Source of the DNA: a bacterium
GTDB taxonomy: Bacteria > Bacillota_I > Bacilli_A > RF39 > UBA660
Reading direction: 5' to 3'
Assembly (NCBI GenBank): GCA_022779465.1
Contig: JALFTB010000018.1
Coordinates: 8,773-72,772 of the forward strand
DNA: 64,000 nt
The first letter of the stretch is position 1, and every line of letters starts with the position of its first letter. Shown piece by piece: positions 8,684-17,755 of this stretch. The notes beneath the pieces were generated by a model that saw only the letters and a program-made list of their open reading frames with translations, was not told the origin of the DNA and ran no database searches. The position numbers and the translations under genes were made by a program.

Positions 8684-10988
8684 TGTTTTCACCTCCTAGA
8701 AATGTTAAATCATTATCAAGGGTAACAAATTCCTTATCATCTTCTTTAACGTAACATATAGATTTATATGGGCAAAATTCACAACTTAAATTTTTAAATC
8801 CATTAATTTTAGGTTTGATTTGAAAATTTCCTTGATTGATTTCTTTAATACATTCTTTTATTTTTTCTTCAGTTATATCTTTTAATTTTTCAAAATTGTC
8901 TTTATTTAATAGTTTGGCAGTACGGGCAAATCCATTTGAGGTCATTTTCATACCTTTTATATAATCGCTGTTTAGATAAGTTGGATCTAACTCGGAAATT
9001 AAGTCTTCATTATCGATTGAGTAACCTTGTAGTTTTAAATGATTTTCATATTGATTTTGTTCTGATTTATTTAAGTCATAATTAATATTTGGTTTTAAGA
9101 TATGCTCTAGATATATTCCAACAATATTGGAGTTTGGATATAATGTTTTGATTAAATAAGCATAAGTTGGTAATTGAAGATTTAAACCATATTTAGCTAG
9201 TCTTAAGTCAACATCTGGAGTACCAGTTTTATAATCGATGATGACTATATTGTTTTTATAATGCATTATTTTATCTACGATTCCAACAAAAGGAATGTCT
9301 TCTACTGTTGTTTGAATTAATTTTTCACATTCAACTTCTTGATATTTAGAAATGTTATTTAAACTTTTAATATGTGGTATAGCGTCTTTTAATTCATTTA
9401 AAACTTTATCTAAAAAGACTTTATTTTCTTCAGTTAAAGTTATAGGGTTGTTATTAATAAACTCTTCTTTTGATTTGTTAAAATCAAATCCTTCTTTATA
9501 CATTTCTGATAAAATATAATGACATATTGAACCTAACCAGGTGTCGTAAGTATCTTCATATGGTGTAAGTTTTAAAACATTATCACAATAATATTTAAAT
9601 GGACATTCAAAGAAGGTATTCATTTTTGAGTATGATAATTTATAGCTATAATTACTTAATTTAATAATATTAAATTTATTATTGTATGTCAGATAATTAT
9701 TTTCTGGATAAGTTAAATATAGGTGTTCTAGAGACTTTGTTTTAAGGTGTGATTTACTGTAATTGTCTAGAAGAATTCCTAAGTTATAGATATTACTTTT
9801 ATTTGAATATATTGATTCATTGTATTCTTTATTAATTACTTTTAAATTTAAATCATCTATTAGAGAAGATGGATTTAAAATTCCACTTAAGTTTTGATTA
9901 GAATAAGTAATTGTTAGATTTTTAATATTTTTAATAATTGTTTGCCAACTACTAACTTCATTAATATTTTTTTCATTTGTAGTTTCTAAATATTTTGGTT
10001 TTTCTTTATCATTAATAAAATCAGTATCTTTGTATATTTTAGGAATATACTCACGATTAAAATTTAAAAGATAAATATATTCATCATCATCTATTATATT
10101 ATCTTTTAGATCAATTATATTAATGGCATTATTATATTTCTGAGATGGCAATTTAGCTGCTTTAAATTCTTCTATGATGATATTTTTAATTTCTGTTATA
10201 TTAGTCCAGTAATACTTGTTTAAAATATTAATTATGATATTTTTTATTTCTTGATCTTTGATATTATTAAGTTCTTTTTGATAATTGAAAATATTATTTA
10301 AAAATGATTTGCCTATTTCTGTGTCAAATAAGGTACTTGAATTTTTAAAGTTGACTTTTATATTATAGTTATTAAATACTCTAAGGATTGTATTTTCATT
10401 ATCTTTGTTAACATTAGCTAGGTAAACTTTATTTAAATCTAAGTCTTTAGAAATAATATCATTTACAATAAATTCAATTTCATCATTTAAACTATTAAAA
10501 GAGATTACTTCATGTTCATAGTTATTATCATTATTTAATATAATTGAAACATTGAAGTTTTCTTCCCTTAAATCATTAATTATTTTTGATAAGTATTTGT
10601 CAATGTAAGTGAAACCATAAAAATAGATTTTTTTTCTTTTTAGAGTTTCTTTAAAATAAATATCTTTGATAATTAAATTGTTTATTTCTAAGTTTTCTTT
10701 AATTTGTAATAAGTAATTAATTTTTTTTGTTTTTGATGGTTCTAAAACATTATAGATATTATCTATATATTCTTTAGCTGTTTTAAAATTTAAGTTATAG
10801 TTATCCATTAAATATTTTATTGTTTTTTTGTTGTAGTCAAAAAAGTATGATTTTTTAAATTCATTTAATGTTAGAATTTTAATATCATACATTTTACTTT
10901 TATTATTTATATATTTAATTAATTTCTTTTTTATGTTATTAGGTATTATAAATATTATGTTGTTTTCTAAGTATTTGTCTATGTTCAT
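8676..10988 (-). CDS. addB: helicase/nuclease subunit B (AddB/RexB), shortened form
   Basis: C-terminal nuclease motif 'GIVDKIMHYKNNIVIIDYKTG'. Fe-S cysteines 'FECPFKYYC' and 'CEFCPYKSIC'. Lies directly upstream of addA and overlaps it by 8 nt. No Walker A at the N-terminus. Confidence 0.8.
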   Translation of the reverse strand: MNIDKYLENNIIFIIPNNIKKKLIKYINNKSKMYDIKILTLNEFKKSYFFDYNKKTIKYLMDNYNLNFKTAKEYIDNIYNVLEPSKTKKINYLLQIKENLEINNLIIKDIYFKETLKRKKIYFYGFTYIDKYLSKIINDLREENFNVSIILNNDNNYEHEVISFNSLNDEIEFIVNDIISKDLDLNKVYLANVNKDNENTILRVFNNYNIKVNFKNSSTLFDTEIGKSFLNNIFNYQKELNNIKDQEIKNIIINILNKYYWTNITEIKNIIIEEFKAAKLPSQKYNNAINIIDLKDNIIDDDEYIYLLNFNREYIPKIYKDTDFINDKEKPKYLETTNEKNINEVSSWQTIIKNIKNLTITYSNQNLSGILNPSSLIDDLNLKVINKEYNESIYSNKSNIYNLGILLDNYSKSHLKTKSLEHLYLTYPENNYLTYNNKFNIIKLSNYSYKLSYSKMNTFFECPFKYYCDNVLKLTPYEDTYDTWLGSICHYILSEMYKEGFDFNKSKEEFINNNPITLTEENKVFLDKVLNELKDAIPHIKSLNNISKYQEVECEKLIQTTVEDIPFVGIVDKIMHYKNNIVIIDYKTGTPDVDLRLAKYGLNLQLPTYAYLIKTLYPNSNIVGIYLEHILKPNINYDLNKSEQNQYENHLKLQGYSIDNEDLISELDPTYLNSDYIKGMKMTSNGFARTAKLLNKDNFEKLKDITEEKIKECIKEINQGNFQIKPKINGFKNLSCEFCPYKSICYVKEDDKEFVTLDNDLTFLGGENND

Positions 10989-11033
10989 TTAATCACCACA
11001 TTAATTATATCATTAAAAAAAATAACCTTATAG

Positions 11034-11324
11034 TTATTTTTTCTCTTTTTTCTCTTTTTGTTTTAACATTTTTTTAGAATTTTGGACTCTTAAATACATT
11101 GATAAACTTTTATCAAATGAAACAGCAAGATTTTCTGGTGATATTTCATATCTTTGTGCCATGTTTATAATAGCATCGGCAACTTCATCTTTTTCATTTG
11201 TATTTAATTTATGTAATGCCCAATCATCTTTATTTGTAAATCCTTGTGCTAGAGCATCTTCTGTATCTTTTTTCTGTAATACTTTTAATTCTAATTCTAA
11301 ATCTTTGATGTCAATTTGTTTCAT
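11034..11324 (-). CDS. hypothetical small protein with K-rich tail
   Basis: ATG 11324 is preceded by GGAGGG that overlaps the stop of the upstream gene. The track start 11384 would overlap the upstream CDS. No recognisable domain. Confidence 0.6.
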   Translation of the reverse strand: MKQIDIKDLELELKVLQKKDTEDALAQGFTNKDDWALHKLNTNEKDEVADAIINMAQRYEISPENLAVSFDKSLSMYLRVQNSKKMLKQKEKKEKK

Positions 11325-11332
11325 AAACCCTC

Positions 11333-12283
11333 CTAATTTGGATATTCTGATTTTAATCCGAAGTATTCTTCCATGGTTATCCAATTACCATTATTATATA
11401 ATTTTTTAGCTAAATCTTTACCGACATATCTTATATGCCATGGTTCAAAGATGTATCCAGTTTTATCTGTTGAGTTTTCTGGATATCTTAAAATATATCC
11501 GTATAGATAACAATTATTTTTTACCCATTTACCTTCAGCAGTATCTTTAAAAGCGGTTGTTATTGTGTTTAAATCAAATGCTAAACCAGTTTGATGTTCT
11601 GAATTTCCTGGTCTTGCTGATGATTTGTCAGCTGCTGCTTTACCTTTTCTTTTAACATAACTGTTATATAAATCTTTTTGATAATCATATGAGCGATATC
11701 CACTTTGAGCCCATAAGTTTAATCCGACAGCTTTAGAATCACTTAACATATCTTTCCATGCATTATATGCATCTTTATCTAATGGTTCTTTAGCAAAGCC
11801 AGAAGAAGGAACTGATTTCCAGACATTTTTAGGTTTCCAGGTGCTTGGCAAATCATATGTTTTATTAACAATTAAATAGCCGTCAACGTAGTAAGCACCA
11901 TCTTTATACGTTATTTGATAACCTTTACTAGAAGTACCAACATACTTTCCATTTGAACTTGTATTGTCACTTTTTTTAGTTGTCTTAGTTGTTTGATTTG
12001 ATGTCGTTGTAGTAGTTGTAGTGTTACTTGATGTCGTTGTACTTGTAGTGGTTGTTAATGTTGTAGTTGATGGTTTTTTATATTCATTTTTTTTATCATC
12101 ACATTTTTTTATCATTCCAAATAATAATATGTAAATAATTAATAAAATAATTATAGTAAATAATAATCTTATATTAAATTTTTTCTTTCTGATATGTTTT
12201 AATTTTAAGATAGTTAAATAGATTATTCCGAGTAAAACAAATCCTATAAATAAATATATTTGTAAATTACTTTCTAGACACAT
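11333..12283 (-). CDS. membrane-anchored VanY-type D-alanyl-D-alanine carboxypeptidase (peptidase M15B)
   Basis: VanY motifs 'SEHQTGLAFD' and 'EPWHIRYVG'. N-terminal TM spans and a Thr/Ser-rich linker 'TTTLTTTTSTTTSSNTTTTTTTSN'. Confidence 0.85.
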   Translation of the reverse strand: MCLESNLQIYLFIGFVLLGIIYLTILKLKHIRKKKFNIRLLFTIIILLIIYILLFGMIKKCDDKKNEYKKPSTTTLTTTTSTTTSSNTTTTTTTSNQTTKTTKKSDNTSSNGKYVGTSSKGYQITYKDGAYYVDGYLIVNKTYDLPSTWKPKNVWKSVPSSGFAKEPLDKDAYNAWKDMLSDSKAVGLNLWAQSGYRSYDYQKDLYNSYVKRKGKAAADKSSARPGNSEHQTGLAFDLNTITTAFKDTAEGKWVKNNCYLYGYILRYPENSTDKTGYIFEPWHIRYVGKDLAKKLYNNGNWITMEEYFGLKSEYPN

Positions 12284-12284
12284 A

Positions 12285-12878
12285 TTAACCTCTATATTCT
12301 ATGTTTTCTTCCTTTAATACAGGAATTGAATTAATTAATTTGTCGTAAGCTTTTTTATAATCATCGGTTGCTATTTTAATTTTATGAATTGATTTATATT
12401 TTATGTTGTCAATAAGTTTTAAATATTCTTCTTGTTGTTTAACACTACTTTCAATACTAAATTTTTGATATTGATGATGCTGTCTTACTAAACGTTTTTC
12501 ATATAATGATGTGTCTTTTAAGTATAAAACTACAAAATAAATATTAAAATCTAATTCTGAAAGTTTTCTTACTAATCTTTCATATACATCATCGAAACTA
12601 TAATCTTTATAACCTAATTTTGTATAAACTTCTTCGGTAAAAAATGTACGATCAAATAATAAATTTAATTCAGTTTCTTCTAATGTTTCCATATAATTTA
12701 ATAGACTTAAATACATAGTTTTATTTTTTTGATATCCGGTTTTAGTTTTGTCTTTTATTCCGGTTAATCTGTATAAATTAGAAGATGATAGATTATCTCT
12801 TAAGAAGTTAGCCATAGTACTTTTTCCAACTCCTTGTGGACCTTCTATTATTATGATGTTTCCTCTTGAATTTTTCAT
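12285..12878 (-). CDS. P-loop nucleoside/nucleotide kinase-like protein (dNK/TMPK fold)
   Basis: Walker A 'IIIIEGPQGVGKST' and 'FDRTFFTEEVY', which resembles the DR(Y/F) region of dNK/TMPK enzymes. Start ATG overlaps the upstream stop (ATGA). GAGGAGGTA RBS. Confidence 0.7.
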   Translation of the reverse strand: MKNSRGNIIIIEGPQGVGKSTMANFLRDNLSSSNLYRLTGIKDKTKTGYQKNKTMYLSLLNYMETLEETELNLLFDRTFFTEEVYTKLGYKDYSFDDVYERLVRKLSELDFNIYFVVLYLKDTSLYEKRLVRQHHQYQKFSIESSVKQQEEYLKLIDNIKYKSIHKIKIATDDYKKAYDKLINSIPVLKEENIEYRG

Positions 12879-13699
12879 TTTACCTCCTCAAATTCGATAT
12901 CGTTATCTTTTAAAAATTTTATAATTGTTTGACTATTAATTGATATACCTAAACTCATATTAAAGTCATCTCCTGGTATAGTACTTTTAATGATATTAGT
13001 GCCTGCTAGCATTCCTAAAACATTACCATCTTTATTTAATAGAACACCACCTTGGGTACCAGTTATTACTTCATTAGATGTTTCAATCATTGAAAGGTTA
13101 TCTTGTTTATCAATAATGTTTCTTGTAATCATTCCTTCAGTAGGAAACACAGGAAAATTCATAACTTCATTGGTAGATATTATTCTTTTGCTTTCTTGAT
13201 CATATTCAAAGGTTTTATATTCTGGAAAAGCAAATCCTAAATTACATACTGATGTTCCTATATCGATTGGTTTGTTAACAAATTTAGGAAATTCATCAAC
13301 TAAAATATTTTTTTTATTTTCGATTTTAACGATTGCTAAATCTAAATATGGATGTTTGATAATATTTAGTTTTCCTGGATTTTTAGCAATATCTATAATG
13401 ACATTGTGAATTCCAACTATTGAATTATCTTTAATACCATATTTTTCTTCAATTTTTTTCTTTTGTCTTTCTTTTGGAGCATTATCTATTTCATTTAAAA
13501 TATTAGGAAATACTTCATTATTATCATCTTCAATTAAAAATAATTCAGCATTTGTTAATGTTGTTAAGATATCACCATTTTTATTTAATACTATTAATGT
13601 AGATAAGCTATTAACAATACTTTTATCTTTATAAATTAGTTTACCTGTTATCAGGGGTCTTATATATTGTAATCCTTTTTTGATTGCATTTCTGAACAT
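12875..13699 (-). CDS. cytoplasmic trypsin-fold (S1/HtrA-like) protein with degenerate catalytic triad
   Basis: Collinear with the chymotrypsin fold: 'GDILTTLTNAELF' (expected TNAHV), 'DLAIVKIE' (Asp region kept), 'ITGTQGGVLLNKDGNVLGMLAG' (expected GNSGGPL). No signal peptide. Confidence 0.65.
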   Translation of the reverse strand: MFRNAIKKGLQYIRPLITGKLIYKDKSIVNSLSTLIVLNKNGDILTTLTNAELFLIEDDNNEVFPNILNEIDNAPKERQKKKIEEKYGIKDNSIVGIHNVIIDIAKNPGKLNIIKHPYLDLAIVKIENKKNILVDEFPKFVNKPIDIGTSVCNLGFAFPEYKTFEYDQESKRIISTNEVMNFPVFPTEGMITRNIIDKQDNLSMIETSNEVITGTQGGVLLNKDGNVLGMLAGTNIIKSTIPGDDFNMSLGISINSQTIIKFLKDNDIEFEEVK

Positions 13700-13742
13700 A
13701 GTCTCACCATATTAATTATATCACAGGGCATAAAAAAAGACA

Positions 13743-13955
13743 CTATTTTGCAGTATCTTTGATGATTTTGATTAATCCAATTACTTCTATAATTAAAGAC
13801 ATTAAAATAATTGATATATTAAGATTATCGCTTGTATCCATATTATGATTTATTATAATAGAAACTATTAATAATAATAGTCCTGAAATTAAAATTATTA
13901 AACCTAAATTACTACTTTTTTCCATTACATTCACTATCCAAATAAAGTATATCAC
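13743..13955 (-). CDS. hypothetical small membrane protein
   Basis: Two hydrophobic spans. Start ambiguous (ATG 13955 or ATG 13925). No recognisable domain. Confidence 0.4.
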   Translation of the reverse strand: MIYFIWIVNVMEKSSNLGLIILISGLLLLIVSIIINHNMDTSDNLNISIILMSLIIEVIGLIKIIKDTAK

Positions 13956-14005
13956 TTTAAAATATAATGTCTATTCTTATTTTTAATTTAAATGTAAAGT
14001 TTTTG

Positions 14006-14034
14006 TTGAACTTTATAAATGTGAATGTTATAAT
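14006..14034 (+). promoter_or_regulatory. sigma-A type promoter, TTGAAC-N17-TATAAT with TGT extension
   Basis: TTGAAC at 14006-14011, 17-nt spacer, TATAAT at 14029-14034, about 48 nt upstream of ATG 14082. Confidence 0.6.
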
Positions 14035-14081
14035 GGGTTTCAGGCTTTAGCCGGAGAATATAGATGGGTGGAGATGGTTAT

Positions 14082-14405
14082 ATGAAAACTTTTTATGCTT
14101 TAGGTTATGAAACTGAAACTGGTGTTAAATACTATAAATTAAGACTTGCTAAAGATAAGGAAGTAGGTATTTATTGCCAAAGATGTGATGATTTAACATT
14201 AGAATTAATGACAAAAAGAGATATAAATGAAATCGTGAGAGGAATAAGAAGTGATAGTCCTTTAGGATTAGTTCCTATAACTAGCGTTTCTCAAAAAAAG
14301 ATGATGAAAGAAGATCTTGAAACTATTTTAGAAAATTCTGAACAATATGTGGGAACTATAATTGATAACATTGCATTTGGCAAAAAGCGTGGATTTTCTG
14401 TTTAA
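14082..14405 (+). CDS. hypothetical protein
   Basis: GGTGGAG RBS before ATG 14082. 107 aa. No recognisable domain. Confidence 0.6.
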   Translation: MKTFYALGYETETGVKYYKLRLAKDKEVGIYCQRCDDLTLELMTKRDINEIVRGIRSDSPLGLVPITSVSQKKMMKEDLETILENSEQYVGTIIDNIAFGKKRGFSV

Positions 14406-14437
14406 TACTCTTTAGGAGTATTTTTTATTTTATTATT

Positions 14438-14464
14438 TTAGCACTTAGTGTTGACAAGTGCTAA
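14438..14464. promoter_or_regulatory. CIRCE-type (HrcA) operator TTAGCACTT-N9-AAGTGCTAA
   Basis: Perfect 9-bp inverted repeat with a 9-nt spacer. Matches the consensus TTAGCACTC-N9-GAGTGCTAA except for one compensated innermost pair. Confidence 0.8.
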
Positions 14465-14478
14465 AAAAGGAGTATAAT
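14451..14478 (+). promoter_or_regulatory. htpG promoter TTGACA-N16-TATAAT overlapping the CIRCE element
   Basis: TTGACA at 14451-14456 lies in the CIRCE spacer/right arm. TATAAT at 14473-14478. Confidence 0.7.
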
Positions 14479-14505
14479 TTAAATTGTTATAGAAAAGAGG
14501 ATATT

Positions 14506-16389
14506 ATGAAGAAAAAAGAATTTAAATCTTCTTCTAAAAGAGTTTTAGATTTAATGATTAATTCTATTTATACAAATAAAGAAATATTTTTGAGAGAGTT
14601 ATTATCAAATGCAAGTGATGCTTTAGATAAGTTGTCATATAAAGCTTTAACTGATAATTCTATTAATATTAATAAGGCTGATTTAGAAATTAATATTATT
14701 AGAGATAGTGATAATAGAATTCTTACTATTAAAGATAATGGTATTGGTATGGATGCATCTGAATTAGAAAATAATTTAGGTACTATTGCTGAATCTGGTT
14801 CTTTAAGATTTAAGGAAGAAAATAAGGAACAAAAGGATACTGAAATTATTGGTCAATTTGGTGTTGGATTTTATTCTGCTTTTATGGTAGCTAAAAAGAT
14901 TGAAGTTGTTTCTAGAAAATATGGTGAAGATAAAGGTCATATTTGGACTAGTGAAGGTGCTGATGGTTATACTATTAGTGAGTGCAATACTGATGATTAT
15001 GGAACTACTATTAAGTTATATTTAAAAGATAATACTGATGATGATAATTATGATACATATTTAGATGAATATACTATTAGATCTTTAGTAACTAAATATA
15101 GTGATTATTTAAGATATCCAATTAAAATGGAAGTACAAAATAGTAGATTAAAGGAGGGCTCAGATAAGGAATATGAAACTTATACTGAAGTTGTTACTTT
15201 AAATACTATGGTACCACTATGGAAAAAAGATAAAAAAGATATAACTGAAGATGATTACAATAATTTTTATAGTGATAAATTTATGGATTATGAAAAACCT
15301 TTAAGAGTAATTCATAGTAGTGTAGAGGGATTGGAATCATATAAATCATTAATGTTTATTCCTTCTCATGCTCCTTATGATTTTTATTTAAAAGATTATA
15401 AGAAAGGTTTAGAGCTATATACTAATGGAGTTTTAATTATGGAAAAGTGTGAAAAACTTTTACCTGATTATTATAGTTTTGTTAAGGGTGTTGTTGATTC
15501 AGCTGACTTATCTTTAAATATTTCTAGAGAGACTTTACAAAATGATAAACATGTTTTAGGTATTGCTAAAACTTTAGAAACTAAAATTCATAATGAACTA
15601 GCTGATATGCTTAAAAATGATTTTGATAATTATAAGAAATTCTTTGAAGCATTTGGCTCTCAAATTAAATATGGTGTATATGATATGTATGGTGCCAATA
15701 AGGATAAGTTAAAAGATTTACTTATTTTCTACTCTTCTAAAAATGAGAAGATGATAACATTAGATGAATATGTTAATAACATAGAAAAAGAACAAAAGAA
15801 TATTTACTATGCTTGTGGAGAAACCATTGATAAAATAAATATGCTTCCTCAAGTTGAACAAGTTAAGAATAAAAATTATGATGTATTATATTTTACTGAT
15901 TATTTAGATGAATTTGTTGCTCAAGTATTAGGAAGTTATAATGATTTAACATTTAAAAATGTTTCTGATGGTGATTTAAATCTTGATACTGAAGAAGAAA
16001 AAGAAGAATTAAAGAAAGTAAATGAAGATAATAAAGAAGCTTTAGATTATATTAAAACTGCTTTAAATGATGAGGTAGTTGAAGTTAGATTTACAAATAA
16101 ATTAACAAATCATCCAGTATGTTTAACTACTGAAGGAAATTTAAGTGTAGAGATGCAAAAAGTTATTAATGCAATGCCAACCGATGAAAAAGTTAAAGCT
16201 AAAATGATTTTAGAAATAAATGAAAAACATCCAATTGCTAATAAAATCAAAGAACTTTATAAAAATAATAAAGAAGAACTTAGTGGCTATGCTAAAATAT
16301 TGTATTCTGAAGCTAGATTAATTGAAGGATTACCAATCGAAAATCCAACAGAAATATCTAATTTAATATGCGAATTAATATCCAAGTAA
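14506..16389 (+). CDS. htpG: molecular chaperone HtpG (Hsp90)
   Basis: 'FLRELLSNASDALDK' and 'GQFGVGFYSAFMVA'. Full-length collinearity with Hsp90. Start set to ATG 14506 (AGAGGA RBS), downstream of the promoter. Confidence 0.95.
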   Translation: MKKKEFKSSSKRVLDLMINSIYTNKEIFLRELLSNASDALDKLSYKALTDNSININKADLEINIIRDSDNRILTIKDNGIGMDASELENNLGTIAESGSLRFKEENKEQKDTEIIGQFGVGFYSAFMVAKKIEVVSRKYGEDKGHIWTSEGADGYTISECNTDDYGTTIKLYLKDNTDDDNYDTYLDEYTIRSLVTKYSDYLRYPIKMEVQNSRLKEGSDKEYETYTEVVTLNTMVPLWKKDKKDITEDDYNNFYSDKFMDYEKPLRVIHSSVEGLESYKSLMFIPSHAPYDFYLKDYKKGLELYTNGVLIMEKCEKLLPDYYSFVKGVVDSADLSLNISRETLQNDKHVLGIAKTLETKIHNELADMLKNDFDNYKKFFEAFGSQIKYGVYDMYGANKDKLKDLLIFYSSKNEKMITLDEYVNNIEKEQKNIYYACGETIDKINMLPQVEQVKNKNYDVLYFTDYLDEFVAQVLGSYNDLTFKNVSDGDLNLDTEEEKEELKKVNEDNKEALDYIKTALNDEVVEVRFTNKLTNHPVCLTTEGNLSVEMQKVINAMPTDEKVKAKMILEINEKHPIANKIKELYKNNKEELSGYAKILYSEARLIEGLPIENPTEISNLICELISK

Positions 16390-16402
16390 TTGGATATTTT
16401 TT
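16378..16402 (+). terminator. rho-independent terminator after htpG
   Basis: ATATCCAA-GTAA-TTGGATAT hairpin followed by a T-run. Contains the htpG stop codon. Confidence 0.6.
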
Positions 16403-16459
16403 CTTTACAGCATATTCTAATTTAAAGCTTTTTGTGTTATATATAATGTAGGTGAAATT

Positions 16460-17755
16460 ATGAGTTTGTTTTTTTTAGTAATGGGAATTTTTTTACTAGG
16501 AATAGGGTGCTATTTTTTTATTAAAAAGCAGTTCAATATTTATATTAGATTGTTGATAGTGATTCTAGGATTATCTTTTATTTTTTTATCTATTTATAAA
16601 TATGTAAGTGATAAGAAATTATTAGAAAAATATCCAGCAAGTATTAAACTTAATAAGGATACTTTTGAATATTATGATAAGGTTTATATAAATGATATAT
16701 TAAATGTTAAAAATGCAGAAATAATAACTAAAAATAAAAAGATAGATACTTTAAAATTAGGTAAACAATTAATTGAAATTAGGTATAGGGATAAAGCAAA
16801 TAATATTAATTCAATTGGATTAAATATTAATGTAGTCGATACGACACCACCAAAAATTTATCATTCTTCATCTTATACGATTAAAAAGGGTAATGATTTT
16901 AATTATATGAGTAAAATAATATGTGGAGATAATTATGATCCAAATATTGAGTGTTTAATTGAAGGAGATTATGATGTTAATACCTCGGGAACTTATAATT
17001 TAAATTTTGTAAGTACGGATATGAATGGTAACAAGACTGTTAGCCCTTTTAAACTTTATGTTAAAGATAGATTAACGTCTTCATCTGGTGGTGGAGGAAG
17101 CTATACTCCAAGAACTAAACCTATTGAAGAGTTTATTACTAATTATAAAAATGATAAAAATTTAATTGGAATAGATGTATCTTCTTGGCAAGGTGATGTT
17201 GATTATGAAAAGGTTAAGAGCAGTGGGGTATCTTTTGTAATTGTTAGAGTTGGTTTTGCTAATTCTGATGGAATATGTAAAATTGATAGTAAATTTAAAC
17301 AAAACTTAGAAAATGCTAAAAAAGCAGGTTTAAAAGTTGGTGCATATTTTTATTCTAAAGCTAAGTCAGTTAAAATGGCTAAAGAACATGCTAAATGGGT
17401 TGTAGAACAGCTTGATGGAGCAAAGTTAGATCTTCCAATATCATTTGATTGGGAATGTTGGAGTAATTTTAATGAATATCATATTAGTTATGTAGGATTA
17501 AATTTAATTGCTCAAAGTTTCATGAATGAAGTTGAAAAACATGGGTATGTGGGAATGAATTATGGTAGTGCTTCATATTTAGAAAAAATGTGGGATACTA
17601 GTGCATCACTTATTTGGATGGCTCATTACACGAAAAAAACAGATTATGAAAAAGAGTATTATATATGGCAGGTAACAGATAGAGGTATAGTTCCGGGTAT
17701 TGATGCATATGTTGATTTAAATGTATTATATTTAAGTGAGGACGGTAAATTATGA
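16460..17755 (+). CDS. membrane-anchored GH25 muramidase (lysozyme) with Ig-like domain
   Basis: GH25 signature 'GIDVSSWQGDVDYEKVKSSGVSFVIVRVG'. N-terminal TM spans. Middle segment 'PPKIYH...GDNYDPNIE...SGTYNLNFVSTDMNGN' resembles a DUF5011/Ig-like domain. Confidence 0.85.
   Translation: MSLFFLVMGIFLLGIGCYFFIKKQFNIYIRLLIVILGLSFIFLSIYKYVSDKKLLEKYPASIKLNKDTFEYYDKVYINDILNVKNAEIITKNKKIDTLKLGKQLIEIRYRDKANNINSIGLNINVVDTTPPKIYHSSSYTIKKGNDFNYMSKIICGDNYDPNIECLIEGDYDVNTSGTYNLNFVSTDMNGNKTVSPFKLYVKDRLTSSSGGGGSYTPRTKPIEEFITNYKNDKNLIGIDVSSWQGDVDYEKVKSSGVSFVIVRVGFANSDGICKIDSKFKQNLENAKKAGLKVGAYFYSKAKSVKMAKEHAKWVVEQLDGAKLDLPISFDWECWSNFNEYHISYVGLNLIAQSFMNEVEKHGYVGMNYGSASYLEKMWDTSASLIWMAHYTKKTDYEKEYYIWQVTDRGIVPGIDAYVDLNVLYLSEDGKL

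Noticed and set aside
11985-12075. Apparent tandem DNA repeat (acaac/agtag-rich) on the minus strand.
   Set aside because: It encodes the Thr/Ser-rich linker of the VanY-like protein. It is low-complexity coding sequence, not a non-coding repeat or VNTR with independent structure.
12875-12878. Mollicutes genetic code (TGA read as Trp), considered because of the extreme AT-richness.
   Set aside because: TGA terminates well-defined genes at ATGA stop/start overlaps (12875-12878 and 36992-36995). Conserved Trp positions use TGG. Standard-code ORFs are full-length.
14458-14505. N-terminal extension of htpG given by the ORF track (start 14458). Similar extensions occur at 38-79, 1935-1952, 8684-8692, 11325-11384, 24090-24110, 29084-29095, 36923-36991, 44982-45020, 54382-54429 and 58729-58743.
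   Set aside because: The extensions begin inside promoters, RBS sequences or upstream genes. In every case an internal ATG with a properly spaced GGAGG-like RBS gives an N-terminus that fits the protein family.
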